Source of the DNA: Marsupella aquatica
Lineage: Eukaryota; Plantae; Marchantiophyta
Direction of reading: 5' to 3'
Assembly (NCBI GenBank): GCA_973895155.1
Contig: OZ316899.1
Coordinates: forward strand, 7,443,241-7,507,240
DNA: 64,000 nucleotides
Shown here one piece after another: positions 57,615 through 64,000 of this stretch. The notes beneath the pieces were generated by a model. It was not told the origin of the DNA, did not search any database, and was given only the letters and a program-made list of their open reading frames with translations. The position numbers and the translations under genes are program-made. Within the stretch, counting starts at the first letter, position 1; every line of letters starts with the position of its first letter.

Positions 57615-60600
57615 TGTGATGCCTAGCCAGGAATCACTAGGCCAGTTAGGTGGGGTAAACGGAGGTGTACCCTATAAACACATTAGTATAGTAACAAAAA
57701 CAAGGAAAATATAAACAATTAGGCTAACTATGGAACCCAGGCTGAGGCCGGAGGTAAGGATGCCGGGGGAGAGAACACGATTAGGGTTAGGGCGCGCTAA
57801 GCATCGGCGGCTAGGGGTAACCAACGGGAGGAAAGACCAGAGGAGGAGAGGGGTAAGGACCGCTCACGAGGAATGGTGGCTCATTTGCAAGCACGAACTT
57901 GGCAGATGACTATAGAAGGCCAACTACTGTCAGCTACTTAGGCAAGCACTCTGGGCGGGAGCAGATACCAACGATCGAGTCAAGGAGGGTATGAGCAACG
58001 TCAATCAAGTGGCACATTTTTGGGGATGCCTGTTCAAACGGGCAACTGAGTACATTAGGACTTACGAGAACAAAGAATCGGAGAGAGCAGCTTGAGAACA
58101 GCAGGAGCTCACTCGATTGTGGGAGCTGCAGAAATCTGCCTTCTTAGGAGGAGAACTCATCAAGGCCAAGTTCTTGTGGACTCCTACTGCCAATCAGCTC
58201 GATGACCTTCTGTTTTGCGAAGATAGAATCGTCGGCATTCGGGAAGCCATCAACCGTTGCAACGACGCGCACTGGGAGTTGAAGGGTAGCACGGAGGGGT
58301 GGACAAAGGCAACTGTGCTAGGAGAAACATCCACGGCAGCCGAGATGAAGAGGAAAGGAAACAACAACAAAGAGGCCACCCCGGTAAAAAGAACAAGGTC
58401 GGCGGCACCAAGGAAGCCAATAGAGCAGCAGAACGGGTGGTAGGGAGAAGCCAAAGAGGAGGAGGTCGATCCCATCAATGCCATTCCAACAAAGGATGAC
58501 ACCTGGAAAGGCTGGGCGGCGACCCTACCAGAGGAAGTGCAATTACATTTTGCACGGGAGGAGGATGCATGCTTTACGGCCATGCAGACCTAAACCTTAC
58601 CTGACAAGGAGTTCCGGTCGTTCCCAGGACCATCAACAAAGAATGGCTTCTTCCGGAACACCTGCACCAACCCGCACATCGGAGAGATGATCAACTTCTT
58701 GCGGGTGACCATGCATTGTAACTTGCCGAGGGCAGAGATCGGCAAGGCTTAGGTCTACCTGGCAGAAAGGCCAGACCCAAGCCGGGATTACAATGGGTAC
58801 CTCCTCAACCAACTGAAGAAGATCTTGAAGGAGGAACAACAAGTGATCGGCGTGGGAAGCGTGTCCCGACTTGGCTATCACATGCCGCTGTTGTGTCGGT
58901 ATGCCAGAAGTCAAATCTTTGCCCCAGTACTTCCCCTATCGGCAAGGGCACCGAAGGAAGTTCCGGAGCAGAGGCCGGCAACAGAAGAGCCCAACCAGCC
59001 TACCAGTCCTACAATCGAGTAGGTGTTTCGGCCAAGTAAAGAAGACTTGCCAATGCAGCAATCAGGCATGCAGAATCTGCTGAAATTGCTGGAGAAGGAG
59101 AGAACGGCACCGACAATGGCAACGGCACCGGTACAGGACACTGCCCCAGAGGCCAGCCTAAGCTGACTCGGGAGGGAAAACCCCTTTACCAGAGCCAACG
59201 AGAGAAGGAGGCCGGAACACAAGCCGGGAGTTCGAATGTATGTGGGAGCCTCAAGCCCCGAATCGGAGGCAGAGCAGCCTAAGGCTCCTTCCCGCGGAAA
59301 ACAGAGGGAGAGGACAGCCTAGAAACCAGAGGAGGAACCAGAGCCCGTGATCTGTGAGGCTGTTTTCACGGCAGGACCGAGGGAATGGAGGGGGAAGCCG
59401 GGAGTCCAAGCAGTGGAGGAGGCGGTGGAGGACTACAACAATGATAACTCCGGCTATGGGTCGGATCATCATGTTCCAGGAGTAAGGACCTATGGCCAGT
59501 TTATCCCCACGCTTCCAAGAGTAGTTTGAGGGGACCCCACCTAGCAGAGTAGCCCCGAGTCTCCCCCACCAGAGGTTGCTCCCCCGAGCTTTGACGGCAT
59601 AAAGCAGACGGCACAAGAATTTCAGGAGCAACTTAGGGAGGAAGAGAAAGCAGCCCTGGCTAGGGAGAAAGATTTACCAGGAGGAGATTGGCCGGAGGAC
59701 ATCAGGCGGCTTGCCAAAAAAAGAAGCAACCCTCTTGCCACCGTAGAAGAAATCCGCAAGGCGGCTTGGGAATAGAGGCCGAGGTGGTTGCTGCCAATGA
59801 CTTCTACTTACTCCACCTATGCTAAAGATAGAGCCATGGAGTACGGGGAGATGTGTGGGGATCTGGCACTCAGCATCTTTGGGGAGGAGTTGGAGCAGGG
59901 ACCTTTTTTCCAGAGGGAGATGTTGGAGAAGCACCGATTAGAAGAAGCGGTGGCTTTGGAGAGAAGCAGGAAGGACAAGGTCATTCGACGGCTTAGAGAG
60001 ATGGAAGCCGAGGTGGAAGACCTGCAGGTGGCCAAGAAAGCCCAAGATGAGCTGCGGATTAAGCGGCATGAGCTAAACATCATGCAAGGACAATTGGATG
60101 CCGCTCAGTTTGGCAATCAGATTATCAAAGATAAACTAACTCGGATCCAAGGAGAGTTGGCCGGCGCGGTCAAGGACAAGGAAAAGTGGAAGCAGGAGCT
60201 GAGGGAAGTAGAGGAGGCCCACATAACCGCCAACAACCGGGCCATGGCGGAGACTCAGAGAAAGGAGAGGGCGTTGAAAGGAGAGCTTGAGGATATCCGC
60301 GGAGCCCTTGAGCAGAAGGAGGCCAAGTTAGGGAAATCCTATCAAGGGATTATTGCGCTGCAGCAGGAGCTTGCATCCCTTATGGCCAGCTTCAAGGCCG
60401 ACCTGCGTGAGAAGGATGACCAGCTCGACCAGACTTATGCCAAGATGAATAAGATGGAGAATGAGGTCGTAGCAAAGCTCGACAAGGAGCTAAGAGCAAC
60501 CCAGGAGGAGAGGGCTACCTTAAAATTGGAATTGGAGGAAGCCAAAAAGGAGCTGCAGGAGGGACGGAAGGACCTGGAGGAAGCCCAGGAGGAGTTGGAG

Positions 60601-62110
60601 GAAACCACCAGGAAGATGGAGAACTTACAGCGGCGGGCCGACAACCAAACGGAGCGGCTGAAGAAACAAGCCGCAGTATTTAAGTGCTTAGCTTCATCTG
60701 GTCCAATTCCAATTGTGGGAACTCCGTTACCAGGAGGGGTATTGGCCGAAGGACAAGCCAAGACACACGCCCCGATGCCGGAGGTAGGTAGCAAGGGGAA
60801 GGGACCAGCTACCAAAACAGGGAAGAAGAAGAAGCGGAAACCTTCTGGGTCTGGGAGTTATACGGCTTACCAAGCCGTTGTGACCCAGGAGGTCAACCCG
60901 GCACCAACCTCCGGCATGGTCACGGTAGTAGATCCACCTGTTGAAGAAGGTGGGGATGGCAAGGCCGAGGCCGGGACAGCTATTGATGAAGCCGAGGTAT
61001 CGGATCCTCCACTAGAACATGTCGGGAAGGCCGAAGCCGTATCGAAGGCCGTGACTGATGCTGAGGCCAAAACCGAGGGTGGACCCAGTCAAGCCGATGA
61101 AGAGTTGACTCGGTCCGGGGCAGGTAATCTGTCAGAGGATGGACCGACGGCAGTGCCTGCGGGGGAAGCATTGGGGGCGTCCATTGAGGATCCGCCACCG
61201 GTGTCGTGACGGTGCAAGGGCGTCATTCCTTTAAGGAAGGGCGGACGTGGAGGTAGGAGGCGTGAGTGGGCAGGGCGGGCTCAGATCTCCAAGTTTAGGA
61301 TTAGGATCAAGACCAGGAGACGGCCTGACACTTAGATTAGTGGGATGGCGGATCCACTGGTAGGAGCAACACTTGTACTCCTGCCTCGCTGTACAGTTAG
61401 GTAGATTACAGGTAGGATAGATTAAGCTTATGCGACGAAGTTCTAGACAGATCCGCTGCCAGAATAAATACCTGGGCAGCAGGGAGTCCAGGGCCTCTTC
61501 TTTAGCAAGTTTTTAGTTGCACCAGCAGGGCTGGGATCAAGTAGTAAGAGAAGCTCTTGGTTAGTTATACAGTGACCCTTGTGTATATTCATGTTTCCTC
61601 ATGCCTAAGAACTGAATAGAGTTGGCCTCATGGCTTAGTTTGCAGAGCTTGTGTATGAGATGTACTATTTGTATGGCAAGTGCATGGTATAACTCAGTCA
61701 GAAGGAGTCATTTTGCTATTTGTGTGTCGCATTAACTTGTGTGAAGAGTGCCCACATCAATGAAGGGAAGTAGCAAGGGAGTGAGAGTTGGATGTGTCGA
61801 GCTGAGAGAGGTCTTAGCGGCTTAACCAAGCCAATTGGGGATCATTCCGGCGGCGGAATCCAAACATACCTAATGGAAGACCAGGAGAGAAATACAAGGG
61901 AAGGCCTAGAATAGGCCGGCTAAGTATCTCATGACCCGATGAAGGATCTGTCCAGTATATGTGTGTAAAATGTTAATAGTAGTAGAAGGAGAGTTAGCAG
62001 CATCCCATGCCGCTAAGCCGCGGAAACGGCCTCGCCGAGGACAAAACCTGCGGGAATCGGCTTGAGCAAGGGGGTTTTCTTGGGTTTGGGGAGCCATGGG
62101 ACGCACCACA
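57615..62110 (+). mobile_element. Gypsy 5' LTR, family A (4496 bp), with embedded ORF 57991-61209
   Basis: TGTGATGC...GCACCACA inverted termini; followed by a PBS and gag. Confidence 0.88.
57991..61209 (+). pseudogene. LTR-embedded PMD-like/coiled-coil ORF, family A (stops; ~230-bp deletion near 58590)
   Basis: ATG at 57991 (MSNVNQVAHFWGCL); homologous to 7850-11257; the 473-aa C-terminal part is still open. Confidence 0.78.
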
Positions 62111-62114
62111 TTTT

Positions 62115-62133
62115 TGGCGCTAGATGGAGGGGG
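62115..62133 (+). promoter_or_regulatory. Primer-binding site TGGCGCTAGATGGAGGGG
   Basis: Directly after the LTR end at 62110. Confidence 0.88.
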
Positions 62134-62146
62134 CATTTCTTAAGCC

Positions 62147-64000
62147 GTGAGATATGAAGTTAGGAAGGAAGTGTGGGTAATGACTGAACCTACGCCAAGA
62201 GAGGAAAGAGTGATTCAACGGGAGAGAGCTCGTCTGCAGCAGCTCGCCGGGTGGCATGATACACAGCGACTGAGAGGGGCAAAAAGAGCTAGTAGCTCTG
62301 TAACTGAAAGTGGCATCGAAGAAGACACACCAGAAGAAGGGTCGGTAAGGAGAAGTGAGTCTCCAACCAACATGGGGGAACCAGAGGCACGGCCAGACAA
62401 GAGGCCAGGGACCAGACTGAGCCAACGGTCGCGTATTCATTACAAGGCCTTTCATGGAAGAGGAGATGAGGATCCGGACGAATGGTTGGATGACTTCGAA
62501 GGAACCGCTGCAGCAAATGGAGAATCGGCCATCAAGATGCAAATTCTTCCCGTCCTGTTCAAGGGTGAGGCTAGGCCTTGGTACACAGCACTGGACGTGG
62601 AAGATCAAGCCATCTGGAATACTTTCAGATCACTATTTGTCAAGGAGTTTCAACCCATTGGAACTTCAGAGTTAGCAGTGCTGAAGTTGGGACGACTTCG
62701 GTTCAAGGAGAACAAATCCTTCAGGAAGTTCCTGCAACGCTTCAAAAGCTGGTAAGACGTACAAATACCAATGCATCTGAAGGTATGCAACTTCAATGGT
62801 TAGTGAATGCTTTGCCACAGAAGATGAGTTTTGCAATTAGGAAGGAGAATCCAGAGACTTTAGCCGAGGCAATTAGAGATATTCAATTATACATTAATGC
62901 AGATATCACAAGCCGGAAGAAACAGCTTAAGTCTGAGAGTTCCTCATCGGAGGAAGGATCAACCCAGAAGAAAAACGATAAGAAAAAGAAACATTCTAAG
63001 AAGTCAAGAAGTGATAACTCAAGCTCGGATAGTGGAGGTAGAAAGAGTGAGTCATCTTCTAGTTCTGAAGAAGAAAAAACTAGGAAAAGGAAGGGCAGAA
63101 GGAGGGGAAAGATGAAAGTCAAGCTAGAGGCTAAAACACCAGATAACATCATAGCCCTTACCAAGCAGCTTAAGGCTATAATAGCAGAGGTAAAACCGAA
63201 GAAGAAGGTAGTACAGGAGGATAGCTCTGTATGGTGTGCCTTATGTTATAAAACCGGACACCATAAGGATGTGTGTCCTAAACTTAATACTAGTCATGTT
63301 CGGCATGTGGCTGAGGTCAGACCATGTCAGGGAGAGTAGAGTACTTTTTAGGGGATGTCGTTGATAGTGTTTTCGGCATCAGTGAGACTGGAGCACGAGA
63401 CCTATCCAACAAACCTGCATCTCTCTGGTCAGGATTAAGGAACAATCTGGGAGAAATATATCCTCGGATTATTCAAAATCCGTCAGTACCTCCTAGGCCG
63501 AATGTGCAAAGATTTGCGGCATGCTATAATTGTGATCAACCTGGTCATTTTGCTAGAGAATGCCCAAATGCACGCAAACAAGGTGATGGACAACCAGCTC
63601 AACTATGTATGGGATGCCGACAGGAGGGCCACCTGCTAGGACAATGTCCTACGTGGTTGGCAGGCCTGGCCACAAATCATAAGCTCTTGCCAGTCAAGGT
63701 CTTGCCGCCAGGTACTATCCCCGAAGGAGTTCAAATCAACCACATCAAACTCGGATGGCAAACGGATGTCGAGGCAGAGTTCGGACCATCTGATGATGAG
63801 GCCGAGGCCCTATCAACCTTCTCAGAAGAGGATTTGGATCATGATTGCTACCGGGTCTCTGCTCAATCTACCAGAAGGAAGGAAAGGTGGGATGGGCTGG
63901 CCAAAAATAAAGGGAAGGATAAGGAAGAAATAATCGACTCTTCGTCAACATCAACAGAAGGGGAAGGAAAGGCGTCGGCAACACAGGTAAGCCATGAGCC
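62147..64000 (+). pseudogene. gag: Gypsy Gag (frameshifted; continues past the window)
   Basis: DPDEWLDDFEG, GEARPWY, CALCYKTGHHKDVC, CYNCDQPGHFAREC; homologous to 50029-51942. Confidence 0.9.

Overview
Eukaryotic, land-plant-type (bryophyte-like by inference) heterochromatic window made almost entirely of nested transposable elements, with no intact housekeeping gene, RNA gene or CRISPR array. (1) 1-13.3 kb: a large degenerate CACTA/En-Spm region with a spliced Tnp2 transposase, a TnpA/PTTA-like gene, an EDM2-like PHD finger and a SET-domain exon that could share its first exon with the transposase. (2) 14438-27045: a structurally complete 12.6-kb Sola-like DDD DNA transposon (26-bp perfect TIRs, 4-bp TSD ATTG). 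Opposite its transposase it carries a ~1400-aa ParB-like + beta-class amino-methyltransferase-like gene and an FCP1/NIF phosphatase-like gene, and it is studded with 25-bp GATC-containing palindromes. This is the best candidate for an undescribed system. (3) Three families of Ty3/Gypsy LTRs (two of them ~4.5 kb) that carry a PMD-like/coiled-coil ORF (~1100 aa in the two long families) inside the LTR itself. (4) Two L1-clade LINE remnants, a near-complete Gypsy element, solo LTRs, a non-autonomous CACTA and duplicated Copia fragments. All family assignments come from manual motif recognition; no database searches were run.
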